A stretch of DNA of 64,000 nt from Gemmatimonadota bacterium (GTDB lineage: Bacteria; Gemmatimonadota; Gemmatimonadetes; Palauibacterales; Palauibacteraceae): contig JAVVDU010000008.1 of the NCBI GenBank assembly GCA_032251515.1, forward strand, positions 14,007 through 78,006, read 5' to 3'. Within the stretch, counting starts at the first letter, position 1; the number at the start of each line of letters is the position of its first letter. Made by a program: the position numbers and the translations under genes. Of the stretch, positions 27,351 to 37,315 are shown piece after piece. Under the pieces are notes generated by a model that saw only the letters and a list, made by a program, of their open reading frames with translations, ran no database searches and was not told the origin of the DNA.

Positions 27351-28643
27351 TCAGGCGGCCGTCCGGCCCACCCCGTGTTTCAGGGCGTGGTCGTATTCGC
27401 TCCGCTCGATCACGGCGGCCGCCGTGAGGTCGCCCGTCACGTTCACGGCGGTGCGGAACATGTCGAGGATCCGGTCGACGCCGAGCACGAGGGCGATCCC
27501 GGCGGCCGGGTCCACGCCGGTGCCCGCGAGGGCCTGCTCGAGGACGACCACCAGGATGATGATGCCCGCCGAGGGGACGCCCGCCGCCCCGATCGAGGCC
27601 AGCGTGGCCGTGAGCACGATCCCGAACTGCGCGGTCAGCGAGATCTCCCCCACCAGCACCTGCGCGATGAACATGGTCGCCACGGCCTGGTAGAGAGCCG
27701 TGCCGTCCATGTTGATCGTGGCGCCCAGCGGCAGCACGAAGCTCGACACCTCCTTCTCGATCCCCAGCTTCTCCTCGGCGACTTCCATGCTCACCGGCAG
27801 TGTCGCGTTCGAGCTCGAGGTCGAGAACGCGATGAGCTGCGCCTCGCGGATCCGCGCGTAGAAGTCCCGCACCCCGCGCCGGGCGAGGAGGCGCAGGGCG
27901 ACCGAATACGTGAACGCCGCGTGCAGAACGAGTCCCAGGAGCACCACCACGCTGTACAGGAGCAGGCTCTGCAGCACGTCCATTCCGAACCGGGCCACCA
28001 CCGCCGCGATGAGGGCGAACACGGCGTACGGCGCCAGCTTCATGATCCAGTGGATCATCACCATCGCCGCCTCGTTCACGCCGTCGAAGAAGCCGACCAC
28101 GTGCTCCCGCCGCTCGCCCGGAAGGGCCGACACGGCCGCCCCGAAGAAGATCGCGAAGAAGATGATCGGCAGCATGTCGCCGGAGGCGAGCGCCTCCATC
28201 GGGTTGCGGGGAATCATGCCCATCAGGACGTCGATGAGGCGCGGCGCCTCCTGCGCCAGCTCCACGCGGCTCGCGCTCTCCGCCATGTACGCCGACCGCA
28301 GGCCCTCCAGCGCCGCCGGGTCGATGCGGCTCCCCGGCTCGATGAGGTTCGACAGAACCAGCCCGATGGAGACCGCGATGGCCGTGGTGCAGAGGTAGTA
28401 GACGACCGTCTTGCCGCCGATCCGCCCGAGCTTCGTGATGTCGCCCAGGCTCGCCGTGCCGACCACCAGGCTGGCGAACACGAGCGGCACGACGACCATC
28501 GTGATGAGGCGGATCCAGCCGGTGCCGACCGGTTCGATGGCCACGAGGACGCGGGTCATGGGATCGAGCCCGGCCAGGTTCGCGACCAGCCCGGCCACCG
28601 CGCCCGCCACCAGCGCGATCGTGATCTTCGTGTAGAGCTGCAT
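27351..28643 (-). CDS. Dicarboxylate/amino acid:cation symporter (DAACS, GltP-like)
   Basis: IRLITMVVVPLVF, FSTSSSNATLP, LPLGATINMDGTALY, GAAGVP, DRILDMFRTAVNVTGD; GGAGG SD. Confidence 0.95.
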   Translation of the reverse strand: MQLYTKITIALVAGAVAGLVANLAGLDPMTRVLVAIEPVGTGWIRLITMVVVPLVFASLVVGTASLGDITKLGRIGGKTVVYYLCTTAIAVSIGLVLSNLIEPGSRIDPAALEGLRSAYMAESASRVELAQEAPRLIDVLMGMIPRNPMEALASGDMLPIIFFAIFFGAAVSALPGERREHVVGFFDGVNEAAMVMIHWIMKLAPYAVFALIAAVVARFGMDVLQSLLLYSVVVLLGLVLHAAFTYSVALRLLARRGVRDFYARIREAQLIAFSTSSSNATLPVSMEVAEEKLGIEKEVSSFVLPLGATINMDGTALYQAVATMFIAQVLVGEISLTAQFGIVLTATLASIGAAGVPSAGIIILVVVLEQALAGTGVDPAAGIALVLGVDRILDMFRTAVNVTGDLTAAAVIERSEYDHALKHGVGRTAA

Positions 28644-28687
28644 GGGCCTCCCGTCGGTCCGGGTGGGGGGACACGGGGCGCCAAGTT

Positions 28688-29740
28688 ATGGCGTCCCCGT
28701 GGTCGGTGACAGAGCCGCGCGGCCGGGGTACGTTGTCGCCCGTGGACACGAACCCGAATCGAACGTCCGGTCCTGGCACGGTGGGCCGCCCGCGGCCCGC
28801 GCGGAGGCGAGGGACGTGGCCGGGCCGCCGCGCGCTGGGTGCGGCCCTCGTCGCCGTCGTCGCCTCCTGCGGCGGAGAGACCGACGCGCCGGCCGCGCGC
28901 GACCGGGCCGGGGTGGAGACCGTGGACGCGGACGGCGCTCCGCCGGCCGTGTATCAGACCTCGCTCACTTTCCTGGGGTTCTCGCCGAACCCGGCGATCC
29001 TCCTCGTCCACTTCGAGAACCGCACCACCTCGGACCGGGTGCGGCTCCGGTATCGCGGCTGGCTGGCGGGACCGGACCGCTGGACGCCGGTGCTGTCCGT
29101 TGACGATTCCGTCCCCGTGGCGCGAGCCGCCTGGCGGATCCTCCCGGCCGGCCCGCTCCGCCTGGGCGTCGAGGACGGCGGCGAGCTGTCGAACCTGCGC
29201 ATCGCACTCCCCGCCGGCGGCGAGTTGCGGATCGACGCGCTGGAGGAGTTCAGCACGTGGAGCGGGATCACGGGACGGCGGGAGTCCCTGCGCGCCGCTG
29301 ACCTCCAGGCGGGCGGACGCGTGGAGAGCGGCTGGCTCCTGCAGCGCCGCCGCGCGCGGCTGCTCGACGAGCAGAGCGCACCGCGGGAGCTCCAGACGCT
29401 GCTGCTCGCCGACACGCTGGGCAACGGGCTCCTGATCCTGAGAGACCGGACGCTTCCCGACGTCCCGGCCACCGCGTGGGCGTGGATCGACGGCATCCGC
29501 CTGGAGTGGGCCGATGCCATCCTGCTCGATCTTCCGGGCGCTTCCGGCGGTCCCGGCTCCTGGTCGTTCGAGTTGCGCGACGTGGGGCTGTTCGGCGAGA
29601 TCACTGCGGAAGACCCCGCACTGGCGGGCCCCGACGCCGAGGGCGCGGCGATCCGGGCTCGCCGGGTGCGCGCCTCCCTGGCGATCGGCGACGAACGCCG
29701 CGTCCTGCGCGGCGTCCTGGTCGAGGAGCGGGAGCCGTGA
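28688..29740 (+). CDS. Hypothetical lipoprotein (start uncertain)
   Basis: Lipobox VVASC-GG; beta-rich globular sequence; GTGA overlap with the downstream gene. Confidence 0.65.
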   Translation: MASPWSVTEPRGRGTLSPVDTNPNRTSGPGTVGRPRPARRRGTWPGRRALGAALVAVVASCGGETDAPAARDRAGVETVDADGAPPAVYQTSLTFLGFSPNPAILLVHFENRTTSDRVRLRYRGWLAGPDRWTPVLSVDDSVPVARAAWRILPAGPLRLGVEDGGELSNLRIALPAGGELRIDALEEFSTWSGITGRRESLRAADLQAGGRVESGWLLQRRRARLLDEQSAPRELQTLLLADTLGNGLLILRDRTLPDVPATAWAWIDGIRLEWADAILLDLPGASGGPGSWSFELRDVGLFGEITAEDPALAGPDAEGAAIRARRVRASLAIGDERRVLRGVLVEEREP

Positions 29741-31314
29741 CGGAGGCGGCGGCGCTGTGGCTGCGGGACGGTCTGACCGTCCTGTTCGGGGCGCTGGCCG
29801 GCGGGGTGACGAACCGGGTCGCGATCGTGATGCTGTTCCACCCGTACGAGCCGCCGCGCCTGCTCGGCAGGCCTATCCGCTGGCTGCAGGGGGCCGTCCC
29901 CAAGAACCGGGAGCGGCTGGCCGGCACGATCGGCCGCACGGTCGGGACCCGGCTTCTCACCACGGAGGACGTGGCGGCGGAGCTGCAGGACGCCCGCCTG
30001 CGCGAGGCGTTCGAGGACCAGCTGCGAGGGCTCATCGGCGACCTGTTCCGCGGCGGCACGCCGTCGGCCCGCGAGCTTCTCCCCGCGACCGCGCTGGAGG
30101 AGCTGCACGACGCGCTGGCCGAGATCCTGGACGGCATCTTCGAGCGCGCGATCGCGTCACTCGATTCCGAGGCGTTCGCCGACGACGCGACCCGCCTCCT
30201 CGACACGGTGGCGGAGTCGCTGCGCGACGAGTCCCTGGCGGAGTCCCTCGGAGAGGAGCGGATCGCCGAGCTGCGTGGCCGCGCCGACGAATGGATGGCG
30301 CAGGTCATCGCCTCCGACTCGTTCGCCGACACGGTGTACGGTCACCTGGAGCGAGCCGCCGGGCGGCTGCTCCGCCCCGGGCGTTCGTTCGAGGAGCTGC
30401 TGCCCGCCGGACTCGTCGCCGCCTTCGAGCACGCGGTCCGCGACTACCTGCCCCTGGTGATGGAGCGCCTCGGCCGCCTCCTGGAGGACCCGAAGGCCCG
30501 GGCCCGGGTCGAGGGGGCCCTGCGCGACCTTCTCGACCGGTTCATGCAGGACCTGCGCTTCCACCAGCGCGTCGTGGCGAAGCTCATCATCACCGAAGAG
30601 ACGGTGGACCGGGTGGTGGACACCCTGGAGGCGGAGGGCGCCGACCGGGTGGGGGCACTGCTGCGCGAGGGCGAAGTGCAGGACGCGATGGCCCGGAGCG
30701 TGAACCAGGCGATCCTCGAGTTCCTCCGCCGGCCCGTGGTGGACGTGCTCGGCCGGCCCGATGATCCGCAGGTGTGCGAAGCCCTGCGCTCGGTCACCGC
30801 GTGGATCGTGGAGGCGGCCGACGACCCCGAGGTCAGGGCCTTCCTGCTCGACCGGGCCGAGTCGGCCGTGCTGCTCGCCGGACGGCGCAGCTGGGGCGAC
30901 GCGGTCCGCCTGGCGCCGGCCCGCCGGGTGGGCGGGTGGCTGGCCGGCGGGCTGCGCTCGGAGCCCGGGCGCGACCTGTACCTCCGCCTGCGCGGCTGGA
31001 CCGTCGACCGGCTGCTCTCCCGTCCGATCGGCGCCCTCGCCGCGCGCGGCCGTGCGGATGCCGCCGACCGACTCGCCGCCGCCCTCTCCGACCCGGTGTG
31101 GAACTGGGTCTCCAGCAAGGTCCCCGAGATCGCCTCGCAGGTCCGGGTCGCGGAGCGGGTGGAGGAGAAGATCGCCACGTTTCCCTTGACCGAACTGGAG
31201 CGGCTCATCCGCTCCGTCACGCAGCGCGAACTGAACCTGATCGTGCGGCTCGGCTACGTGCTGGGCGCGGGAATCGGGGCGTCCCTCGTCGTGGTCCGCC
31301 ACCTGCTCGGCTGA
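29737..31314 (+). CDS. DUF445 (YheB-like) membrane-anchored protein
   Basis: GALAGGVTNRVAIVMLFHPY..QGAVPK N-terminus; ELERLIRSVTQRELNLIVRLGYVLGAGIG C-terminus. Confidence 0.88.
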   Translation: MTEAAALWLRDGLTVLFGALAGGVTNRVAIVMLFHPYEPPRLLGRPIRWLQGAVPKNRERLAGTIGRTVGTRLLTTEDVAAELQDARLREAFEDQLRGLIGDLFRGGTPSARELLPATALEELHDALAEILDGIFERAIASLDSEAFADDATRLLDTVAESLRDESLAESLGEERIAELRGRADEWMAQVIASDSFADTVYGHLERAAGRLLRPGRSFEELLPAGLVAAFEHAVRDYLPLVMERLGRLLEDPKARARVEGALRDLLDRFMQDLRFHQRVVAKLIITEETVDRVVDTLEAEGADRVGALLREGEVQDAMARSVNQAILEFLRRPVVDVLGRPDDPQVCEALRSVTAWIVEAADDPEVRAFLLDRAESAVLLAGRRSWGDAVRLAPARRVGGWLAGGLRSEPGRDLYLRLRGWTVDRLLSRPIGALAARGRADAADRLAAALSDPVWNWVSSKVPEIASQVRVAERVEEKIATFPLTELERLIRSVTQRELNLIVRLGYVLGAGIGASLVVVRHLLG

Positions 31315-31407
31315 CCCGGGCCTTCCGACCGCGCCTCGGGGTACCGCCTGGGCGTGCCGCCGGGGCAGCCCGTCGGGGCGTCCCGTCGGGTGCGGGGTCG
31401 ATCCCGT

Positions 31408-32367
31408 TCAGCCTTCGCCGCGCAGCTCCCGGGCTTTCCGGTACATGGCCGCGGCCCGTTCGGGCTGACGCAGGTGGTCGTGCAGGATGCCGAGCGTCCG
31501 CCAGGTGCGCGGATTGTCCGGCTGCAGCTCGGCCGCCCGTTCCAGCGCCGCGATCGCCGCGTCCACCCGGCCGAGGCGGTTCTCCGCCTCGCCGAGGTAG
31601 TGGAACGCCGCCGCGTTGCTCGGATCCAGCTCGGTGACGCGCCGCAACGACTCGGCCGCGGCCCGGTAGAGGCCCTTGCGGAACCGCACGAGCCCGAGGT
31701 TCATGAGCACCTCGGGCGCGTCGGGCGCGAGCTGCACCGCCCTGTGCAGCTCCTCCTCCGCCTCCGCGAACCGTCCCGCCGCGCCGAGGCTCGCCCCCAG
31801 GTTGCTCAGGAGCTGGGCGTTCTCCGGCTCCACCTCGAGGCCCGCGCGGTACTGCGTGATGGCCTCCGCGAACCGGCCGTCCCCGTCGAGCAGGACGCCC
31901 AGGTTGTTGCGAGCCCGCACGTGGCCGGGTGAGCGCCGCAGGACCTCGCGGTACGTCTCCATGGCTCGCTCCCGCCGGCCGGCGTCCGCGAGCTCGTGCG
32001 CCCTGCGGTACAGGTCGTCGTGCGCTTCCCCGGGAGCGGACCGCGGGGGCCCGCTTTCGTCCTCCACCGGCGTCCCGGACTCCTCCGGCTCTTCCGGGGT
32101 CGCGGCTTCCGCCGGCGCCTCCGGCTCGTCCGACGCCTCCGCCCGCGGCGTCGCCGCTTCCTCCGTCTCTTCGGCCGCCTCCGGCGTCAGCAGTTCTCCC
32201 TGCGCGTCGGCCGCCTCCGGCTTCTCCGACGCCTCCGGCTTCGCGGCCGTCTCCTGCTCGGCGGCCGTCTCCTGCTCGCCGGCCGTCTCCGCCGTTGTCT
32301 CCGCCGTCTCCGGCGTCTCAGGTGGCCGCGAATCGGCCTGCGACCTGCGTCGTCCCCGGCGGCTCAT
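31408..32367 (-). CDS. Tetratricopeptide-repeat protein with acidic disordered N-terminus
   Basis: ATGA overlap with cutA; about 5-6 TPRs (ARNNLG, LSNLG, LMNLG, FHYLG, WRTLG). Confidence 0.85.
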   Translation of the reverse strand: MSRRGRRRSQADSRPPETPETAETTAETAGEQETAAEQETAAKPEASEKPEAADAQGELLTPEAAEETEEAATPRAEASDEPEAPAEAATPEEPEESGTPVEDESGPPRSAPGEAHDDLYRRAHELADAGRRERAMETYREVLRRSPGHVRARNNLGVLLDGDGRFAEAITQYRAGLEVEPENAQLLSNLGASLGAAGRFAEAEEELHRAVQLAPDAPEVLMNLGLVRFRKGLYRAAAESLRRVTELDPSNAAAFHYLGEAENRLGRVDAAIAALERAAELQPDNPRTWRTLGILHDHLRQPERAAAMYRKARELRGEG

Positions 32368-32747
32368 GCCGGCCCCTCGCCGTCCGCGACGGCGTCCCGC
32401 ACCCAGGCCAGGTAGGGCGGCGCGACGGCGGCCACCTCGAGAGCCACCAGCTCCGGCACGTCGTAGGGATGGAGCTCGGCGGCGCGCTCCAGGAGGCGCG
32501 GCAGGCACGCGCGCACCGTCTTGAGGATCCCGACGGCCTCCGGCTCGTCCACCACCCGGCCCTCCCAGCGGTACACCGACCGGGCCCCCGGGAGGACGTT
32601 CAGGCACGCGGCGAGGCGCTCCTCCACGAGGCGGCGCCCGAGGGCCGCAAGGGCATCGGCGTCGGGGCCCGTGACGAGCACGGCGACGAGATCCGTGGCG
32701 GCCGGCGTGGAGGGCGTATCGGTCATCGTGGCCGGTGGCTCAGCCAT
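32364..32747 (-). CDS. cutA: Divalent-cation tolerance protein CutA
   Basis: LVEERLAACLN, SVYRWEG, HPYDVPE, YLAWV. Confidence 0.93.
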   Translation of the reverse strand: MAEPPATMTDTPSTPAATDLVAVLVTGPDADALAALGRRLVEERLAACLNVLPGARSVYRWEGRVVDEPEAVGILKTVRACLPRLLERAAELHPYDVPELVALEVAAVAPPYLAWVRDAVADGEGPA

Positions 32748-34614
32748 CGTCAGTTTCCCGCTCCGCCTTCGCGTACAACTCCTCGATGCGCGGCGCCAGC
32801 CGCTCGGCCACGGCGCGGCGCCGGACCTTCAGGGTCGGCGTCAGGAGCCCGTTCGCCACGGAGAACGGCTCGGCCACCAGCAGCACCCGCTTGGGGCGCT
32901 CGTGCCGCGCGCAGTCCGCGACGCGGGGCAGTACGTCGCCTTCCACGACCTCGCGGAGGGACGGGTGGTCGATGTGCCGGGCGCGATCTTGGTCGCGCAC
33001 GATCCGTCCCGGCACGGCGACCCGGAACGCCTGGAAGCTCGGGACGATCACGGCGATGGGAAACTTCCGCTTGTCCCCCAGCATCACGACCTGGTCGACG
33101 TAGGCGGAGCGGGCCATCCGTTCCTCGATCGGCTGGGGCGCGATGTTCTTTCCCGCCGCCGTCACGATGAGGTTCTTCTTGCGGTCGGTGATGGTCAGGT
33201 ACCCGTCGGCATCCAGCTCGCCGATGTCGCCCGTGTGGAGCCATCCGGCCGGATCGAGCGCCTCCCGGGTCGCCTCCGGGTCGCCGTGATAGCCCTTCAT
33301 GACCTGGGGACCCGCCACCAGGATCTCGCCGTCGTCGGCGATGCGGATCCGCGTGCCGGGCACGGGAGGGCCCACCGTGCCGAAGCGGATCCCGCCGGGA
33401 ACGTTCACGTTGGTGACGGGCGACGTCTCGGTGAGGCCGTATCCCTCCAGGACGGTCAGTCCCCCCGAATAGAAGAAGCGGGCGATCGAGGCGGACAGCG
33501 GCGCCGCGCCGCTCACGAAGTACCGCACCCGGCCGCCCGTGCGCTCGCGGAGCTTCGCGAACACGATCCGGTCCGCGAGCCGGTAGCCGGCCCGCAGCGC
33601 GAGGCCGGGCCGGCGCCCCGCGAGCCGCCGCAGGGCGTGCCGCTCGCCGAACCAGCGCGCGAGGCGGAACCCCGCCTTCTTGAACGCCCCGGCGGACTCG
33701 ACGGTCTCCACCACGGCGTCGTAGAACTTCTCGAACATCCGCGGCACGCCCGTCATGATCGTGGGCCGCGCCTCGGTCATGTCGCGGGCCACCGTGTCCA
33801 CGTCCTCCGCGTAGGCGATCTCCACGCCGCCGGCCCACATCAGGAAGTGGCCGGCCGTGCGCTCGAACGCGTGCGACAGGGGCAGCCAGCTCAGCGAGCG
33901 GTCCTCCGGGCCGATCGGCAGGATCGCGAAGCACTGGTAGGTGTTGGCGTGCAGGTTCGCGTGGGTGAGCTGCACGCCCTTCGGTCGGCCCGTGGTGCCC
34001 GAGGTGTAGATCAGGGTCGCCACGTCGGACGGGCGGACCCGCCGGGCGTGCTCCTCCCAGCTCCCGGCCAGTTCGAGCGCCGCTTGGCCGTGCGCCTCGA
34101 GCTCGGCCAGCGGCAGGATGCCCGGCCCGTTCTCCCGGTCCGGCCCGTCGTCGAACACGACGACCGTCTCGAGATCGGGCAGGTCGCCGCGCCGCTCGAG
34201 AATCTTGGCGAGCTGGTCGAGGTCGGACGCGAAGCAGACGCGCGCGCCGGAGTCGGCCAGGATCCACGCGACCTGATCGGCGGGGAGGGTCGGGTAGACG
34301 GTGACCACGACGCCACCCGCCAGCAGGGTGCCCCAGTCGGCCAGCGCCCATTCGAGACGGGTGTGCGAGAGGATCGCCACCCGGTCGCCCCTCTCCAGCC
34401 CGAGCGACCTGAGCCCGAGGGCCACGGCCCGCACCCTGCGGGCCATCTCCCGCCGGCCCACCGCGGCCCAGGTGCCGTCGGCGCGACGGACCCGCGCCGC
34501 CCGGCCCTCCGGAACGCGTGCCAGCCCGTCGAACCAGACATCGACGAGGGTCCCCGCCCCGAGCTCCCGGCCGCCGCGCCCCGTGACCGGGGGCGTCGCG
34601 GCCTCAGTCGTCAT
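32740..34614 (-). CDS. Long-chain fatty-acid--CoA ligase (AMP-dependent synthetase)
   Basis: IYTSGTTGRPKGV, LPLSHAFER, SGAAPL, EGYGLTE, WLHTGDIG, DRKK, LTPTLKVRR. Confidence 0.92.
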   Translation of the reverse strand: MTTEAATPPVTGRGGRELGAGTLVDVWFDGLARVPEGRAARVRRADGTWAAVGRREMARRVRAVALGLRSLGLERGDRVAILSHTRLEWALADWGTLLAGGVVVTVYPTLPADQVAWILADSGARVCFASDLDQLAKILERRGDLPDLETVVVFDDGPDRENGPGILPLAELEAHGQAALELAGSWEEHARRVRPSDVATLIYTSGTTGRPKGVQLTHANLHANTYQCFAILPIGPEDRSLSWLPLSHAFERTAGHFLMWAGGVEIAYAEDVDTVARDMTEARPTIMTGVPRMFEKFYDAVVETVESAGAFKKAGFRLARWFGERHALRRLAGRRPGLALRAGYRLADRIVFAKLRERTGGRVRYFVSGAAPLSASIARFFYSGGLTVLEGYGLTETSPVTNVNVPGGIRFGTVGPPVPGTRIRIADDGEILVAGPQVMKGYHGDPEATREALDPAGWLHTGDIGELDADGYLTITDRKKNLIVTAAGKNIAPQPIEERMARSAYVDQVVMLGDKRKFPIAVIVPSFQAFRVAVPGRIVRDQDRARHIDHPSLREVVEGDVLPRVADCARHERPKRVLLVAEPFSVANGLLTPTLKVRRRAVAERLAPRIEELYAKAERETDDG

Positions 34615-35041
34615 GCGGGGCTGGCGGGGCCCCTCGCAGCTCCGCCAGGGTGCGCTTCGCGTGCTCCACGTGCCGCTCGGAACCGGGGATCCCGACGCCC
34701 ACCCGCAGGAACGCCTCCAGGTGGTCCATCGCGTCCGTGCCGCGTCCGCGGCTCAAGTACAGGAAGGCGATCCCGTAGTGGGCCCCGGCGCTGTCGGTGT
34801 CCTTCTCCAGCGCCCGCTGGTACATCTTGATCGCCTCGTCGGTCATCCCCATGCGCGTGTAGACGATCGCCATCTGCTCGAGCGTCGCCACGTCGCCGGG
34901 CCGCTCGCGGAGGGCGAGGCGCAGGGAGGTGAGCGCCTCGTGGAACCGCTCCTCGTTCGCCAGCTGCACGCCCTCGGCGTAGTAGTCGGGCCGGACCTCG
35001 TCCGTCTCCCGGCCGCCCGTGAGAAAGCTCCACCAGGGCAT
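34604..35041 (-). CDS. Small TPR protein
   Basis: Three TPR-like helical pairs (YYAEG, LEQMA, AHYGIA). Confidence 0.8.
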   Translation of the reverse strand: MPWWSFLTGGRETDEVRPDYYAEGVQLANEERFHEALTSLRLALRERPGDVATLEQMAIVYTRMGMTDEAIKMYQRALEKDTDSAGAHYGIAFLYLSRGRGTDAMDHLEAFLRVGVGIPGSERHVEHAKRTLAELRGAPPAPHDD

Positions 35042-35044
35042 GGG

Positions 35045-35341
35045 TCAGGCCTCCTCGTCGGCGCCGTCGTCCCACGCGAACGGCGGCGGAGCGGGCGGCA
35101 CGATGGAGACGTTGTAGACGAAAGCGAACACGGCGCCCGCCAGGAAGCCCCAGGCGACGGCCCACATCGCGCCCACGAAGGCGCCCGCCACGCTCACGTC
35201 CCAGCCGAACAGCACGGACCGGAGCAGGAGGGGAGGCGAATTCGCGCCCCCCGCAGCGAGGAGCAGAAACGTCCAGAGAAAGACGGCGGCGCCCGCGACC
35301 AGGCCGCAGGCGACCGCGAAGGCTCGAGTCTGTAGGCGCAT
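35045..35341 (-). CDS. Small two-TM membrane protein (family often labelled holin-like)
   Basis: GGAGG SD; MRLQTRAFAVACG...GAFVGAMWAVAWGFLAGAVFAFVYN. Confidence 0.7.
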   Translation of the reverse strand: MRLQTRAFAVACGLVAGAAVFLWTFLLLAAGGANSPPLLLRSVLFGWDVSVAGAFVGAMWAVAWGFLAGAVFAFVYNVSIVPPAPPPFAWDDGADEEA

Positions 35342-35466
35342 GCCTCCGTTCCGTCGACCGGGGAGCCGTGCGGATCGCGCGTTCCGACCGGCAAAAAGGT
35401 AGATGGCGCCTCGCGCCGGGGCAACGAGACCGGGAACGCCCCCCGTCACCGGGCGCCCTCCACGTC

Positions 35467-36177
35467 TCAGACGCGCCTGGCAACCAGGGCGCGCGGGTCC
35501 GCCGCGAGCAGCTCGAATCCGAGCCCGGGCAAGGCCCCGGCGACCACGTCGGCGGGGCGAAGGACCACGAGCCTGCCGCCGGGCGCCAGCACCCGGCGCG
35601 CCTCGCGACACGCCGCGAGGTCCGGCGCGGCGAGCACTACGCCGAGCGCCCGGCCGTCCAGGACGGGCAGCCGCCCCGCCGTCGCGCCCCGCACGGGGGT
35701 CACCCCGGCCGCTCCGTCTTCCGCGGGTCCCGCCGCCTCTCCGCCCGTGGCCGACCGATCCGGATCGAGCGCCAGGACCTCGCAGCCGCCGGTGAGCCGC
35801 GAGACCTCGCCCGGCGCGGCGACGCCCGGCCCGCACACGACCAGGCCGCGACCGGAGCGGATCCCGAGCAGGGCCGCCGCCGCCAGGGCGTCCTCCGTCC
35901 CGCCGGGTGCCGGCGCGGCCCCGGAGGGGGCTTCGGACTCCCGTCCGGGCGTGTCCGACGACGTGTCCGGAGGTGCGACCGGCGGCACGCCGGGCGGCAC
36001 TCCCGCCGCCGACACGTCGATGCCGCCGTCGCGCAGCGGAAAGCGTGCCTCGCAGTGCGGGCAGTCGAGCCGCCCGTCGCGGACGCGCCGGCCCTCCATC
36101 CGGTCCACCAGCACGACGAGCCCCCGCGGAGGCCCGCAGCGGGGACAGGCGAGCGACTCGGAGAGGTCGAGCAGCAC
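35467..36177 (-). CDS. Trm112-like Zn-finger fused to a degenerate class I methyltransferase-like domain
   Basis: LACPRC...GRLDCPHCEARFPLRDG; C-terminal LPVLDG...EARRVLAPGGRLVV. Confidence 0.6.
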   Translation of the reverse strand: MLLDLSESLACPRCGPPRGLVVLVDRMEGRRVRDGRLDCPHCEARFPLRDGGIDVSAAGVPPGVPPVAPPDTSSDTPGRESEAPSGAAPAPGGTEDALAAAALLGIRSGRGLVVCGPGVAAPGEVSRLTGGCEVLALDPDRSATGGEAAGPAEDGAAGVTPVRGATAGRLPVLDGRALGVVLAAPDLAACREARRVLAPGGRLVVLRPADVVAGALPGLGFELLAADPRALVARRV

Positions 36178-36189
36178 GGCGGCCGTTCC

Positions 36190-36798
36190 TCAGAACTGGA
36201 CCGGCGGTGACGACACGAGCCGCAGGAACTCCTCGCGCGTGCGCAGGTCGGACCGGAACCGGCCGCGCACCGCGGATGTGATGGTACGGCTGTTCTGCTT
36301 CTCGACCCCGCGCATCATCATGCACAGGTGGTACGCCTCGATCACTACCCCGACTCCGTCCGGCCGCAGTGCCTTCTGCAGCGCGTCCGCCACCTGGTCG
36401 GTCAGGCGCTCCTGGACCTGGAGCCGGCGGGCGAACACCTCCACCACGCGCGGGATCTTGCTGAGCCCGAGGAGACGGCCATCCGGGATGTAGGCGACGT
36501 GGGCCTTTCCCACGAAGGGCAGCATGTGGTGCTCGCACAGGGAGTAGAGCTCGATGTCCTTGACGAGGATCATGTTGTCGTGCTCCTCGACGAACACGCC
36601 GCTGCCGATCGCCTCCTCCGCCGTGGCCCGGTAGCCGCGGGTGAGCCACTGCATCGCGCTTTCCACCCGGCCGGGCGTGTCCGCGAGGCCCGGCCGGTCG
36701 GGGTCCTCGCCCAGACGCCGGAGTTGTTCCCGCACGAGCTCGGCGTACGGCACCCGCGAGAGGTCCACGCCCGCTGCGTCCTGCTTCTTCGTCGCCAT
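36190..36798 (-). CDS. folE: GTP cyclohydrolase I
   Basis: [52 protein letters not shown]. Confidence 0.96.
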   Translation of the reverse strand: MATKKQDAAGVDLSRVPYAELVREQLRRLGEDPDRPGLADTPGRVESAMQWLTRGYRATAEEAIGSGVFVEEHDNMILVKDIELYSLCEHHMLPFVGKAHVAYIPDGRLLGLSKIPRVVEVFARRLQVQERLTDQVADALQKALRPDGVGVVIEAYHLCMMMRGVEKQNSRTITSAVRGRFRSDLRTREEFLRLVSSPPVQF

Positions 36799-36833
36799 CG
36801 GCGCCCGCATCCTGTCCGTGTTCGGTGGCCCTG

Positions 36834-37247
36834 TCACCCGCCGAGGTACTCCACCACGTTCCGTTCCGTCTCCCACAGCTTCACGCTCACCAGCCGGACC
36901 CCGTCCAGCTGCGGCTCCAACCGGCCCCAGATCCCCACCGCCAGGTTCTCGGTGGTGGGCACCACGCCGGCGAGCCACGGGACGTCCACGTTCAGGTTCG
37001 CGTGGTCCAGATCCTCCAGTACCGCGTCCTCCAGAAGCTCCTTCAGCCGCTTCAGGTCCATCACGAAGCCGGTCCGCGGGTCCACCGCGCCCTCGACCGT
37101 CACCTCGAGATCGTAGTTGTGGCCGTGGCCGTGCGGATTGCTGCACGCCCCGTACAGGGCCCGGTTCGCGTCGTCGTCGAGCGCCGGATCGAACAGCCGG
37201 TGCCCGGCGGAGAAGTGAACGCGCCGCGTGACGCGTGCGATCGCCAT
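36834..37247 (-). CDS. 6-pyruvoyl-tetrahydropterin synthase / QueD (6-carboxytetrahydropterin synthase) family protein, PTPS-II-like signature
   Basis: [44 protein letters not shown]. Confidence 0.9.
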   Translation of the reverse strand: MAIARVTRRVHFSAGHRLFDPALDDDANRALYGACSNPHGHGHNYDLEVTVEGAVDPRTGFVMDLKRLKELLEDAVLEDLDHANLNVDVPWLAGVVPTTENLAVGIWGRLEPQLDGVRLVSVKLWETERNVVEYLGG

Positions 37248-37282
37248 ACAGGTTCCCTTCTTCCCCCGGGGATCGACTCCGG

Positions 37283-37315
37283 AAAAAAAGAGGCGACCCG
37301 TGAGGATCGCCTCTT
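37283..37315 (-). terminator. Intrinsic terminator
   Basis: Minus strand GAGGCGATCC-TCAC-GGGTCGCCTC followed by 7 T. Confidence 0.85.

Noticed and set aside
35045-35341. Holin-like small membrane protein as a prophage sign
   Set aside because: No endolysin, integrase or structural phage genes nearby; it sits within a housekeeping run.
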